Program-made: the position numbers and the translations under genes
Assembly (NCBI GenBank): GCA_001779205.1
Contig: MFJM01000072.1
Location: forward strand, 1-42,769
Length of the DNA stretch: 42,769 nt
Source: Candidatus Gottesmanbacteria bacterium RIFCSPHIGHO2_02_FULL_39_14
GTDB lineage: Bacteria > Patescibacteriota > Microgenomatia > 2-02-FULL-39-11
Direction: 5' to 3'
Notes under the pieces: generated by a model
What the model was told of the DNA's origin: nothing
Database searches by the model: none
Seen by the model: only the letters and a program-made list of their open reading frames with translations
Part shown: positions 26,481 through 38,560 of the stretch, piece after piece
Layout of the letters: every line of letters starts with the position of its first letter
Numbering within the stretch: position 1 is the stretch's first letter

Positions 26481-27345
26481 AAGGTTGATTCTCAAACGAG
26501 GCAAAAAAAAATCCTACAGAAGATTTCTAAAAGGGAAGCTTAGAAATCTGGCGAAGTATAAGCATATCCTGACCTTTTTAGAAAAAAGAGAAAGGTTTGC
26601 CGTCACGACGATTATTTTAACCTCAGGTGTATTGACAATCCAGCTGATTTGGCAAGATGTTCGTTTTTACCTGGTTTTGTTTTTGGCCTTTATATCATAT
26701 CTTTTGACAGCCTGGTCGTTAAAGGAAGATATAAAGAGTAATGAATGGATACTTTTATTTATTTTACCGGTATTTTTTACTGCCTCGGTTTCTCTTTTTT
26801 ATTTTTTACTACCACCTCGCTGGATTATCCGTTTGACAACAACGACTATGTTTGCCTTAGGTACCTATGCCATTTTGCTGGTGGAAAATATTTATAATGT
26901 AGCAGTAGAGCGATCAATACAACTTCTAAGAGCAGCGCAAAGTGTCGGATTACTGGTAAGCTTGGCAGTGATTTTCCTGACTTCCAATATTATATATTCC
27001 TTGAGGCTGCCTTTTTGGGCCAATATGCTGATAATGACAATTATCAGCTTTTTTCTTGCCATGCAGTCATTGTGGTCGGTCAATTTAGAAAAACATTTCA
27101 ACAAAGAACTTTATCTGTATTCTTTAATCATTGCCGTGGGAGTAGGGGAGCTGTCAATGGCATTATCCTTCTGGCCGATTGAGAATGCCTCATTTTCCCT
27201 GTTTCTTTCAGCAAGTTATTATTCTTTGGTTGGAGTAGTTCAACAGCATATTCTGGAAAGGTTATTTATTAATGTCATCCGGGAGTACATAATAGTCTTT
27301 ATTCTGACTTTCATTTTGGCTTTTGTAATTACCAAATGGGGATGA
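26473..27345 (+). CDS. hypothetical polytopic membrane protein
   Basis: I chose the ATG at 26473 (MYKRLILKRGKKK), which overlaps the yebC end by 8 nt. Basic N-terminus followed by about 7 hydrophobic helices. Confidence 0.55.
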   Translation: MYKRLILKRGKKKSYRRFLKGKLRNLAKYKHILTFLEKRERFAVTTIILTSGVLTIQLIWQDVRFYLVLFLAFISYLLTAWSLKEDIKSNEWILLFILPVFFTASVSLFYFLLPPRWIIRLTTTTMFALGTYAILLVENIYNVAVERSIQLLRAAQSVGLLVSLAVIFLTSNIIYSLRLPFWANMLIMTIISFFLAMQSLWSVNLEKHFNKELYLYSLIIAVGVGELSMALSFWPIENASFSLFLSASYYSLVGVVQQHILERLFINVIREYIIVFILTFILAFVITKWG

Positions 27346-27585
27346 TAAACCTCAGGAGAGGGGAGTAGCATATTGCTTAAAGATGATCTAGTTTGATATG
27401 TCCTATAGTTTACTAGGTTTTGTGGATATTTTTCACAACGAATTTTTCACGAAATTGAAATCGTAATATAGATATTATTGAAGAGGATGAAGATAATTGA
27501 GGCTAAATCAGCAATTTAGCATATAATGATGCACTGTTCTTCTCCTTCTTATCTGATTGAACACTATTATTACGCATAAAAATAA

Positions 27586-27900
27586 TTGTTTGGAGCATTA
27601 GAAAGCTCTAAATTAAATTGAATACCGCTATTTACTCTAGAAAATAGCTTCAAATATGATAGTTCAGATTATTGTAAAGCCCTAAATTAACCGAAAACTC
27701 GTTCTTAAATCCAAAATATCAGCCTCATAAATAATGGTTAAGATTATCATAATGCTCTAAACTATTATTTCTTACATTACCTCCGGCTTTAAATTAGAGG
27801 AATAGTTCATTAATTCTGCCTCGAAACGATTTATTTGGAGCATAGTAGCGCTCTAAAATATTCTTACATTAAAAAACCCGAAACTTAATATAACTCCACT
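27586..27900. repeat. four degenerate repeat modules, each with a GCYCTAAA box; two carry a conserved-stem hairpin
   Basis: TTTGGAGC-N8-GCTCTAAA at 27589-27612 and 27834-27857. AGATTATnnTAAnGCnCTAAA at 27666-27686 and 27741-27761 (17/21 identical, 75 bp apart). TTCTTACATTA at 27769 and 27861. AACCGAAAACT at 27689 versus AACCCGAAACT at 27875. Confidence 0.4.
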
Positions 27901-28030
27901 AACTTCAAAAGCAAACTTAGATAATTAAATATGATCCTTTCATTTAATGTTAATATGTCAAGTGAAAGTAATTTTGATTACATTATATAGGTAGACTTCT
28001 CTTCCGAAAGTGTGTAATTTAGTTAGTCTC

Positions 28031-28059
28031 TTGACGGAGGGGATTAAATAATTTATAGT
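28031..28059 (+). promoter_or_regulatory. near-consensus sigma70-type promoter for the recombinase operon
   Basis: TTGACG (28031-28036), 17-nt spacer, TATAGT (28054-28059). The predicted start falls about at the left edge of the palindrome, about 40 nt upstream of the ATG. Confidence 0.45.
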
Positions 28060-28065
28060 TTAATA

Positions 28066-28093
28066 ACTTCGTTAAATGTATCTTTAACGAAGT
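28066..28093. repeat. perfect 28-bp 11-6-11 inverted repeat (dif-like tyrosine-recombinase core-site architecture)
   Basis: ACTTCGTTAAA-TGTATC-TTTAACGAAGT. The arms are exact reverse complements, and the flanking bases (A at 28065, G at 28094) do not extend the symmetry. It ends 12 nt before the recombinase ATG. The sequence itself is certain; the confidence value refers to the functional interpretation. Confidence 0.4.
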
Positions 28094-28105
28094 GTTTGAA
28101 CGAAT

Positions 28106-29053
28106 ATGGGAGAAGAAGCTTCAAAATCAATTAATCAATATATTACTGATTTTTTGGAATATTGTGAAATTGATAAAAATTTATCATCCGGCACTATTAA
28201 ACTCTATCATTACTATCTGTTCAATTTTTTGTCCTTTTTAACCAGCCAAAAAAAAAGCGATATTAAACCGGACCAGATTACACAGGAGTTGATCAGGAGC
28301 TATAGAATATTTCTGAGTCATTATATTAATCCTAATAAAGGGCCACTCAAAAGAAACACCCAAACATACTTCCTCATTGCCATTCGAGCCTTTTTAAGGC
28401 ATTTAGGAAGGCTTGGCATAAGGACCATGTCAGCTGAACAAATTGAGCTGGGAAAAACCCATGATAGAAATTTGAAGTTTCTAGCACCAGAATATCTGGA
28501 GAGACTATTAAATTCGCCAAGCATAAGCTCAAAATACGGACTTAGAGATAAGGCAATTTTAGAGATGCTATTTTCCACTGGACTTAGAGTATCCGAACTA
28601 GTAAAACTTGACCGGGATAAAATCAATTTAAAATCACGGGAGTTTGGAGTCATCGGTAAAGGAAGTAAAGTCCGGGTTGTTTTTTTGTCAAAAAGAGCTG
28701 TCTATTGGGTAGATCAATATTTGGCAAAACGCGTTGACAATTTCAAGCCATTATTTATTCGTTATTCTAGTTTAATAAAGAAATCTGATACAGATGATCA
28801 TCGTTTGTCAGTAAGATCTATAGAGATGTTAGTTGATAAATATGCCAATAAAGCAAGATTACCCATAAAAATCAGTCCACATGTTTTAAGACATTCGTTC
28901 GCCACCGATTTATTAACATCAGGAGCCGATTTAAGGAGTGTTCAAGAGTTACTTGGTCATGCTAATGTATCTACTACCCAGATCTATACTCATGTTACAA
29001 ACCCGCAACTTAAAAAAACTCATGAAAAATTCCATTCGGGTAATAAAGAGTAA
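28106..29053 (+). CDS. tyrosine recombinase, XerC/XerD-like
   Basis: N-terminal SAM-like core-binding domain. Catalytic contexts TGLRVSEL (Arg), HVLRHSFAT (His-x-x-Arg), LLGH and TTQIYTHV (Tyr). 315 aa. Confidence 0.9.
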   Translation: MGEEASKSINQYITDFLEYCEIDKNLSSGTIKLYHYYLFNFLSFLTSQKKSDIKPDQITQELIRSYRIFLSHYINPNKGPLKRNTQTYFLIAIRAFLRHLGRLGIRTMSAEQIELGKTHDRNLKFLAPEYLERLLNSPSISSKYGLRDKAILEMLFSTGLRVSELVKLDRDKINLKSREFGVIGKGSKVRVVFLSKRAVYWVDQYLAKRVDNFKPLFIRYSSLIKKSDTDDHRLSVRSIEMLVDKYANKARLPIKISPHVLRHSFATDLLTSGADLRSVQELLGHANVSTTQIYTHVTNPQLKKTHEKFHSGNKE

Positions 29054-29058
29054 GCTTA

Positions 29059-29499
29059 ATGACTACTATTGATATATTACAGCGAGTAGTTTTTCCATTA
29101 TCCAGAGGGTCTTATTTATTTTCCGAAAGACCGTCTTTAGAAGGTGTTCATTCTTTTTTATGTGCAAAGGAAATTTATGAACTGATCAAATCAAATAGAA
29201 TTTTCTTGGACACCGTACATCGGCAAGAATTCATTACCCATAAAGAAGGTAAAAAGATAGTTGTTGATTGGGCAGTTAATTCAAAACTAGATTATCAGAT
29301 GGAAGTTGACATATCAGTAGGTGTAGTTGATGTAATTATTTATGCTGATGATACCGGTTTATTTGAGATTGGGACCACCAGGCCTACAAAAATAATATTA
29401 TTGTTACATTATATTTCTAAAATGAACGGTTTTTATACAGTGCATTTTTGGCCTTATAGCAGTAAAGAATCATTTGTATTTCGTAATTGGACAATTTAA
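29059..29499 (+). CDS. hypothetical 146-aa protein, possibly PD-(D/E)xK nuclease fold
   Basis: Starts 5 nt after the recombinase stop. The segment GVVDVIIYADDTGLFEIGTTR resembles the Asp-strand/Glu-x-Lys-strand pair of YraN/Hjc-like nucleases, but with Gly where the Lys is expected. The fold call is weak. Confidence 0.4.
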   Translation: MTTIDILQRVVFPLSRGSYLFSERPSLEGVHSFLCAKEIYELIKSNRIFLDTVHRQEFITHKEGKKIVVDWAVNSKLDYQMEVDISVGVVDVIIYADDTGLFEIGTTRPTKIILLLHYISKMNGFYTVHFWPYSSKESFVFRNWTI

Positions 29500-29540
29500 A
29501 TTTGACAATGTCGTACAATTTTAGGTAGTCTTAGACATAT

Positions 29541-30428
29541 ATGCAGCTTTCAGATTTTATTAAACAGTACCTTCAATCAATTGAAAAGCAGAATAAATCT
29601 ACTTTTACCATCAGGAATTATTCCCATTATCTTTTAAGATTTTCTCAATTTATAAGTAGTCACTTCCCTACTTCAACAATTTCGACTGTAAATTCAGATA
29701 CAATTGAGAAATATAGAAAATATATAGGCGAATTTAAAGATGTTAAAGGTCATAATTTAGATTTAAAAACTCAATCTTATCATTTGATTGCCTTAAGGTC
29801 ATTTATTAAATATTTACGATCAAGAAACTTAAATACTATTAATCCTGAGATTATAATAGTTCCTAAAGCTCAAAGTAAGCCATTAAAATTCTTAGATAAT
29901 AATCAGATTGAGACTCTTTTAAGATTGGCTGAAAATAAAAGAGACAAATGCATTTTGGAGATTATTTTAGCGACAGGACTTAGAGTTTCTGATTTGGTCA
30001 GAATAGACAAAAAAGACATTAATTTCAAATCAAAAGCTATCATTTTCGATGTCAAGGGAAATAATAGATCAATTTTTCTGTCAGATAATGCTTTGTATTG
30101 GTTAGAACAATATTTAAAAGAACGAAATGACGATTCACAGGCTTTATTTATCAGAACCGCCGGCCGAAAAGACGGAACTTTAAGATTAACTGTCAGGTCA
30201 GTTCAAAGGATTGTAGAAAAGTATGTCAAGAAAGCCGGTTTGCCTATTAAAGCTACTCCCCATTCATTAAGGCACACTTTTGCGATACATCTTCTTTCGG
30301 AAGGAAAAAATTTACTGGCTGTGCAAAGAATATTAAATCATAAGAATATCTCAACCACCCAAATTTATACCCATGTTACCAATCCTCAGCTTAAGGAAAT
30401 CCACCGCAAGTTTCATCACAAAGTTTGA
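29541..30428 (+). CDS. tyrosine recombinase, XerC/XerD-like (second paralogue)
   Basis: TGLRVSDL, HSLRHTFAI, ILNH and TTQIYTHV. It shares the 15-aa block STTQIYTHVTNPQLK with the first recombinase, with synonymous differences in 9 of the 15 codons. 295 aa. Confidence 0.9.
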   Translation: MQLSDFIKQYLQSIEKQNKSTFTIRNYSHYLLRFSQFISSHFPTSTISTVNSDTIEKYRKYIGEFKDVKGHNLDLKTQSYHLIALRSFIKYLRSRNLNTINPEIIIVPKAQSKPLKFLDNNQIETLLRLAENKRDKCILEIILATGLRVSDLVRIDKKDINFKSKAIIFDVKGNNRSIFLSDNALYWLEQYLKERNDDSQALFIRTAGRKDGTLRLTVRSVQRIVEKYVKKAGLPIKATPHSLRHTFAIHLLSEGKNLLAVQRILNHKNISTTQIYTHVTNPQLKEIHRKFHHKV

Positions 30429-31228
30429 GAGGCGGCTTTGATTAAATTCTTAAACAACATAGCGACGTTGACGGGTCCCACGCCGCCCGGGACTGGTGTG
30501 TAAAAGCCAACTTTATCTCCTATGTCTTCCTGTTGGTAATCCGGTCTTAATTTATTCTCCTCCGGATGGAGGCCGACACCGATTAATATTGAGTCGGACT
30601 TAACCATATCATGTCGCACAATATTTGGTCTCCCCACGCAGGGGATGATAATGTCGCAGGCAAGACAAAGTTTTTTGAGATTACTTGTTTGACTATGGGC
30701 TATGTGAAGTTGAAGACATTTTTTACTGAAATATTTTGCTATAGGCTTACCGGCTGTCTCTCCCCTACCGATAATCAATATCTTCTGATTTTTTAGCCAA
30801 TTTAAATAATTTAACGGATGTATTGATTTTAGAATTTCAGCAATAGCCAAGGCCACAGGAGGATCAAATAGAGATCGGGGATGAAAACCGTCAACATCCT
30901 TGTCCGATCTTATCATTAAATTCAACTTATCCGGTTTTAAATTTAGCGGTACAGGTCGTTGAATAATAATACCTTGAATTTGATTGTCCAGATTAAGTTT
31001 ATCGACTAATTTTGTTAATTTATCTATAGAAATTGAGGTATTATAGCGGTAGACAGAGACAGGAATTCCCAATTTTCGACCGGTTTTAATTTTCTGATTG
31101 ACATAAATTTGGGAATTTTTATCCGTACCTATTAAGATTACTGCTAACTGCCCAAAGATATGGGGGGATAATTCTATTTGAAGATTGGTTAGTATTTTAT
31201 CGGCAATTTTGGCCCCGTCGATTTTCAT
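30416..31228 (-). CDS. folD: bifunctional methylenetetrahydrofolate dehydrogenase/cyclohydrolase
   Basis: IDGAKIA N-terminus, [11 protein letters not shown] (Rossmann), [16 protein letters not shown] chose the ATG at 31228 (MKIDG), which overlaps the gyrA stop (ATGA). The track start at 31237 is a TTG. Confidence 0.9.
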   Translation of the reverse strand: MKIDGAKIADKILTNLQIELSPHIFGQLAVILIGTDKNSQIYVNQKIKTGRKLGIPVSVYRYNTSISIDKLTKLVDKLNLDNQIQGIIIQRPVPLNLKPDKLNLMIRSDKDVDGFHPRSLFDPPVALAIAEILKSIHPLNYLNWLKNQKILIIGRGETAGKPIAKYFSKKCLQLHIAHSQTSNLKKLCLACDIIIPCVGRPNIVRHDMVKSDSILIGVGLHPEENKLRPDYQQEDIGDKVGFYTPVPGGVGPVNVAMLFKNLIKAASQTL

Positions 31229-33732
31229 GTAAGACAAGTGGCAGCTGCTACAGCATCAGTTTTATCCGAGAAGCGCATCAGGATTACTCCCTGGGTAGCT
31301 CTGGATAATGACGGTACACTTTTTAGCGGTAATTTGACGATTTGGCCTTTGATTGAAGTTAAAATGACATTTTGGCAATCAGCCGGTACCATCTGGGCTG
31401 AAGCAATTTTACCGGTTTTAGGCGTAATTACGGATACTTTTACTCCCTGACCGCCGCGATGCTGTTTGGGAAATTTGGCAAAAGGTGTTTTTTTACCGAT
31501 ACCCTTTTCGGAGATAGTGAAAAAATGATTATTTTTATTATCATCTCTGATTATTTCCATGCCTACTACATAATCATCTGCTTTAATATTAATTCCTCTG
31601 ACTCCCTGTGTATCACGGGCTGTCGGGCGGACTTCGTTCTCCGAAAATTTGATTGATTTACCATCGTGGGAAACCATCAGGATATCATCCTTGCCGGTTG
31701 AGAGAAGTGCCCAGCGAAGTTCATCAACCGTTTCCAATTTTATAGCTACTAAACCGTTTCTTCTGATTTTTTCGTATGCTGCAAGTCTAGTTTTTTTAAC
31801 GGTTCCTTTTTTTGTAGCCATAACTATGTTGGCGTATTTTTTACTTTCTTCGCCTTTTAAGGCATAGGACAAAACACTAGTGACAATTTCACCCTGATCA
31901 ATATTGAGAAGATTGACGATGGCTTGGCCCTTACTTACTCTTGTTCCTTCCGGCAGATCCCAGACTCTCAACTGATAAACTTTACCCTTATTGGTAAAGA
32001 ATAAAATATTGTCATGAGTGTATGATGATAACATGTGTTCAATAGTATCTTCTTCTTTGGTCGTCATGCCGATAACGCCTTTGCCTCCACGGCCCTGAAC
32101 TTTAAAAGAGAGCGGAGATTGTCGTTTGACGTAACCTGTTTTGGTGATAACGATGACTGTTTCTTCATTACGGATAAGCTGTTCTTCTGAAAATTCTCCG
32201 ACTTTGGATTTATAGACTTTAGTACGCCTCTCATCAGCGTATTTTTCCTTAAGTTTTATAATTTCATCTTTTATAACTTTTAAAATTTTTTCCTGATTGT
32301 TTAGTAAATTTGTTAAGTAAGCAATCGTTTCCCTAAGTAGTTCCAATTCATCCTCTATTTTTTGACGCTCCAAAGCAGCCAATCTTTTTAACTGCATGTC
32401 TAAGATGGCTTGGGCTTGAAGGTCTGATAATTTAAATCTTTCCATTAAATTTTTCTTGGCCTGGTCGACATCCTTGGCTTTTTTAATAATACTGATGACT
32501 TCATCAATATGATCTACGGCAATTTTTAAGCCTTCCAAGATATGTTCGCGTGCACGGGCTTCCTTTAGTTCGAATTCGCTTCTTCTTCTGATTACGGAAT
32601 GACGGTGTTTGATAAATTCTTCAAGGATCATTTTCAGAGTCAGTGTTTGGGGAGTACCATCAACCAAAGCTACCGTGTTAACCGGAAAAGACGATTGCAG
32701 ATTGGTGTGTTTATAGAGATTGTTTAATACTTTTTTAGGTGCGGCATCGCGTTTTAACTCCACCATGACTCTTATTCCCCGACGGTCGGATTCATCCCTA
32801 AGATCTGATATCCCGTCAATTTTTTTATCCTTGACCAATTGAGCGATATGGGCAATCAGCATGGCTTTATTGACCTGAAAAGGCAGTTCGGTGACAATTA
32901 TGGCCGATTTTCCCTGGCCGACATCTTCAACTTCAGCTTTAGCACGCATGATAATTTTTCCGCGGCCGGTTAAATAGGCATTTTTTATCTCGTTAATATC
33001 GTAAATTGATCCGCCTGTCGGAAAATCAGGTCCCTGAATGTAAGTTAAAAGCTCATCGATGGTAACTTCGGTTGTCAGGACGGCTTTTTTTTCATCCGTG
33101 TCTTTTCTGGAAGTCATTACTACTTTTGTTTTATTGAGCATGCAAATAATGGCATCAACTACTTCTCCCAAATTATGGGGCGGGATTTTGGTAGCCATAC
33201 CAACTGCAATACCGTCAGATCCCATCAAGAGTAGATTTGGCAGTTTGGCCGGCAGCCAAACAGGTTCTTTTAATGAGGAGTCAAAATTAGGAATGAAGTC
33301 AACGGTTTCTTTTTCAATATCAAAGAGCATTTCCGTGGCTATTTTAGCCAGTTTTACTTCGGTATAACGCATGGCAGCCGGAGGGTCTCCATCTACCGAA
33401 CCGAAATTACCCTGGCCGGAGATAAGCATATAACGCATAGAGAAATCCTGGGCAAGCCTGACCAAAGCATCATAGACTGATACGTCTCCGTGCGGATGAT
33501 ATTTACCCAGGACTTCTCCGACGACTTTAGCGCTTTTGGTGTATTTGGAGGTGAAATGAAGGCCTATCTGGTGCATGGCGAAAAGAATGCGGCGGTGAAC
33601 CGGTTTGAGGCCATCGCGGACATCGGGAAGAGCGCGGGAAACGATGACGCTCATAGCATAATCCAAATAACTCCGCTTCATTTCCGAAGTTATTTCAATA
33701 GGTTCTATTTTACCAATTGGATTATTATCCAT
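31225..33732 (-). CDS. gyrA: DNA gyrase subunit A
   Basis: [26 protein letters not shown], the active-site Tyr context [10 protein letters not shown], and a C-terminal beta-pinwheel repeat region. 835 aa. Confidence 0.95.
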   Translation of the reverse strand: MDNNPIGKIEPIEITSEMKRSYLDYAMSVIVSRALPDVRDGLKPVHRRILFAMHQIGLHFTSKYTKSAKVVGEVLGKYHPHGDVSVYDALVRLAQDFSMRYMLISGQGNFGSVDGDPPAAMRYTEVKLAKIATEMLFDIEKETVDFIPNFDSSLKEPVWLPAKLPNLLLMGSDGIAVGMATKIPPHNLGEVVDAIICMLNKTKVVMTSRKDTDEKKAVLTTEVTIDELLTYIQGPDFPTGGSIYDINEIKNAYLTGRGKIIMRAKAEVEDVGQGKSAIIVTELPFQVNKAMLIAHIAQLVKDKKIDGISDLRDESDRRGIRVMVELKRDAAPKKVLNNLYKHTNLQSSFPVNTVALVDGTPQTLTLKMILEEFIKHRHSVIRRRSEFELKEARAREHILEGLKIAVDHIDEVISIIKKAKDVDQAKKNLMERFKLSDLQAQAILDMQLKRLAALERQKIEDELELLRETIAYLTNLLNNQEKILKVIKDEIIKLKEKYADERRTKVYKSKVGEFSEEQLIRNEETVIVITKTGYVKRQSPLSFKVQGRGGKGVIGMTTKEEDTIEHMLSSYTHDNILFFTNKGKVYQLRVWDLPEGTRVSKGQAIVNLLNIDQGEIVTSVLSYALKGEESKKYANIVMATKKGTVKKTRLAAYEKIRRNGLVAIKLETVDELRWALLSTGKDDILMVSHDGKSIKFSENEVRPTARDTQGVRGINIKADDYVVGMEIIRDDNKNNHFFTISEKGIGKKTPFAKFPKQHRGGQGVKVSVITPKTGKIASAQMVPADCQNVILTSIKGQIVKLPLKSVPSLSRATQGVILMRFSDKTDAVAAATCLT

Positions 33733-33768
33733 AAACGTTATTTAACTTCAAGGGCAGCCCTTGTATTA

Positions 33769-35793
33769 TTATTTTCCGATGAATTGAATCACAAACGGGG
33801 CTATCAGTAATGCCACAATCTGGACAATTTTCATCATCGGATTTAAAGCCGGACCGGCAGTATCTTTTAAGGGATCGCCTAACGTATCGCCGACAACGGC
33901 AGCTTTATGGGTATCTGATCCTTTACCGCCGAAATTACCGTCTTCTATATATTTTTTAGCATTATCCCAGGCACCACCCGTGTTACACATAAAGAAAGCC
34001 AGCATTAAGCCTGTAACTACTACTCCGCCCAAGAATCCGCCTAAAGCAGCTGCTCCGAAAAGAGAAGTTAAGATCGGTAGAGTAATAACCATGGCGGCTG
34101 GAATTACTAATTCCTTTTGGGCAGCAGCAGTGACAATTTGAACTGCTTTGGAGTAATCGGGTTTTGCCTTTCCTTCCATAATGCCTTTGATTTCTCTAAA
34201 TTGTCTTCTGACTTCTTCAACAACCTGAAAAGCAGCCCTGCCGACGGCGTTTATCAAACGGGAGGAAAATAGGAAAGGCAAGGATCCGCCAATTAAAAGA
34301 CCAACAAAAACCTTCGGCTGAGCGATATCAATTGAGGAGAGACCGGTGGCCTCAAAATAGGTAGCAAAAAGAGATGAAGCGGCAACAGCAGCAGAGCCGA
34401 CTGCAAATCCTTTGGTTAAGGCTTTGGTGGTGTTGCCTACGGCATCAAGTGAAGCTGTTACTGCCGGAGCTTTTCCTTTTAGACCTGCCATTTCCACGAA
34501 CCCTTGAGCATTATCGGAAATAGGGCCATAGGTATCCAAAGACATGATAATTCCGGTGGTGGCCAGCATACCCATGCCGGCTAAGGAGATACCGTAAAAC
34601 CCCAAAAAGTAGTAACCGGCCAGGATGGTAGCTGCCACAATGATTACTGATACAAAAGTAGATTCCAACCCGAATCCTAAGCCTGAAATTAGATTGGTGC
34701 CGCTGCCGGTTTGAGCTGATTTGGCAATTTCCACGATAGGTTTTTCTCCGGGACCGGTATAATATTTGGTGACATAAAGAAGCGCCAGCATGGAAATAAT
34801 ACCTGATACAGCAGCATATCCTGCTCTAGGCTCACCTAAAAGAAAAATGGCTAAACCCATGAAAATAACTATGGCAGAAAGAGCTGATATGATAAAACCG
34901 CGAATTAGAGGATTAATGGGATTTTCTTGGTCATTTTTAGCCTTGACAAAAAACGTACCCAGGATTGAAGTCAGAATAGCTCCGCTTCTTGCTAAAAGCG
35001 GAAAAACAACACCCGGCAAACCAAAGAGAGTTCCGCCTAAAATCATGGCGGCAACAATAGTTAAAGCATAAGATTCAAAAACATCGGCAGCCATACCGGC
35101 GCAGTCACCGACATTGTCTCCAACATTATCGGCAATAACAGCCGGATTCCTGGGGTCATCTTCAGGAATGCCTTTTTCAACTTTTCCAACCAGATCGGCT
35201 CCGACATCAGCAGCTTTGGTAAAAATTCCTCCTCCTACCCGCATAAATAAAGCAAGCAAAGCTGCTCCAAATCCGTAACCGACCAGAACATTGGTTGCTT
35301 CCTTAGCAACAATATCAGCACCTTGGGAAGAGAAGGAAAAGTAGGACCACATATAGATTAAGGAAACACCGAGTAATCCTAAACCTACTACCAGCATGCC
35401 GTTGACTGTTCCGGCAGAAAATGCTGTCTGAAGTGCCGGATTTAATCCTTTTAAAGCATTGTTAGCGGTGCGGACATTAGCTCTAACTGCAATCCACATA
35501 CCGAAATAGCCGATTATGGCAGAAAATATTGCTCCCAGTAAAAAAGTTACAGCCGTACCGGTTCCCAAAGCGAAATTGATAAGGACTGCCAGGATAAGCA
35601 TTATCGGCATGACAACGGAAAATTGACGGTTGAGATAAGCCATGGCGCCCTCACGGACAGCTTTAGCAATTGATTTTAATTGGTCGTTTCCTTCGTCCTC
35701 TGCCAAAACCTTAGCGGAGAGATAGATTCCGTAAATAAGAGCAATAACTGCGGTTAACGGGGCAACGAATAAAGCGATCAATTGAATATCCAT
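33769..35793 (-). CDS. hppA: membrane-bound ion-translocating pyrophosphatase
   Basis: [26 protein letters not shown] and [21 protein letters not shown], with about 16 TM helices. 674 aa. Confidence 0.93.
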   Translation of the reverse strand: MDIQLIALFVAPLTAVIALIYGIYLSAKVLAEDEGNDQLKSIAKAVREGAMAYLNRQFSVVMPIMLILAVLINFALGTGTAVTFLLGAIFSAIIGYFGMWIAVRANVRTANNALKGLNPALQTAFSAGTVNGMLVVGLGLLGVSLIYMWSYFSFSSQGADIVAKEATNVLVGYGFGAALLALFMRVGGGIFTKAADVGADLVGKVEKGIPEDDPRNPAVIADNVGDNVGDCAGMAADVFESYALTIVAAMILGGTLFGLPGVVFPLLARSGAILTSILGTFFVKAKNDQENPINPLIRGFIISALSAIVIFMGLAIFLLGEPRAGYAAVSGIISMLALLYVTKYYTGPGEKPIVEIAKSAQTGSGTNLISGLGFGLESTFVSVIIVAATILAGYYFLGFYGISLAGMGMLATTGIIMSLDTYGPISDNAQGFVEMAGLKGKAPAVTASLDAVGNTTKALTKGFAVGSAAVAASSLFATYFEATGLSSIDIAQPKVFVGLLIGGSLPFLFSSRLINAVGRAAFQVVEEVRRQFREIKGIMEGKAKPDYSKAVQIVTAAAQKELVIPAAMVITLPILTSLFGAAALGGFLGGVVVTGLMLAFFMCNTGGAWDNAKKYIEDGNFGGKGSDTHKAAVVGDTLGDPLKDTAGPALNPMMKIVQIVALLIAPFVIQFIGK

Positions 35794-35806
35794 AATTTAA
35801 ATATTA

Positions 35807-38514
<2,708 letters not shown>

Positions 38515-38560
38515 AGTTTATAGTTATTATTGGATATTATATACTGATTTTAGCAGAGTC

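Noticed and set aside
27421-27453. Possible oriC: DnaA-box-like motifs TGTGGATAT (27421-27429), TTTTTCACA (27429-27437, which fits TTWTNCACA) and TTTTTCACG (27445-27453) in the long AT-rich gap
   Set aside because: There is only one relaxed-consensus match plus two near matches, in very AT-rich DNA. I estimate about 0.1 chance matches in this gap, so the cluster is suggestive but thin. No dnaA or dnaN is adjacent. Local gene orientation converges near 30.4 kb rather than diverging, and a dif-like site lies in the same gap, which would be contradictory. It is worth a GC-skew check but is not reported as a feature.
27656-27760. Mini-ORFs inside the repeat modules (MIVQIIVKP and MVKIIIML) and the similar unstarted frames ...IIVWSIRKL* and ...RFIWSIVAL*
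   Set aside because: They are only 8-9 codons, have no SD, and two lack start codons. The similarity is at the nucleotide level (identical stem bases, divergent loop) and is not concentrated at synonymous positions. This points to DNA or RNA elements rather than coding sequence.
27586-27900. Degenerate CRISPR array or a Cas9-style repeat/anti-repeat. The reverse complement of the hairpin reads TTTAGAGC...GCTCCAAA, reminiscent of the GTTTTAGAGC start of type II repeats. Module spacing is about 75 bp.
   Set aside because: The modules are only loosely similar (two pairs of different types), not identical direct repeats. Spacing is irregular (75, 75 and 96 bp between box starts). No cas genes are in the window. 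The resemblance to type II repeats is 8 nt and easily due to chance.
27586-28105. Integron-like arrangement (tyrosine recombinase next to an array of hairpin-forming attC-like sites)
   Set aside because: I could not find RYYYAAC/GTTRRRY core pairs bounding the modules. The would-be cassettes are 75-97 bp with no ORFs. The recombinase reads away from the array start rather than showing the usual divergent intI/attI layout. I cannot see an IntI-specific insertion in the recombinase.
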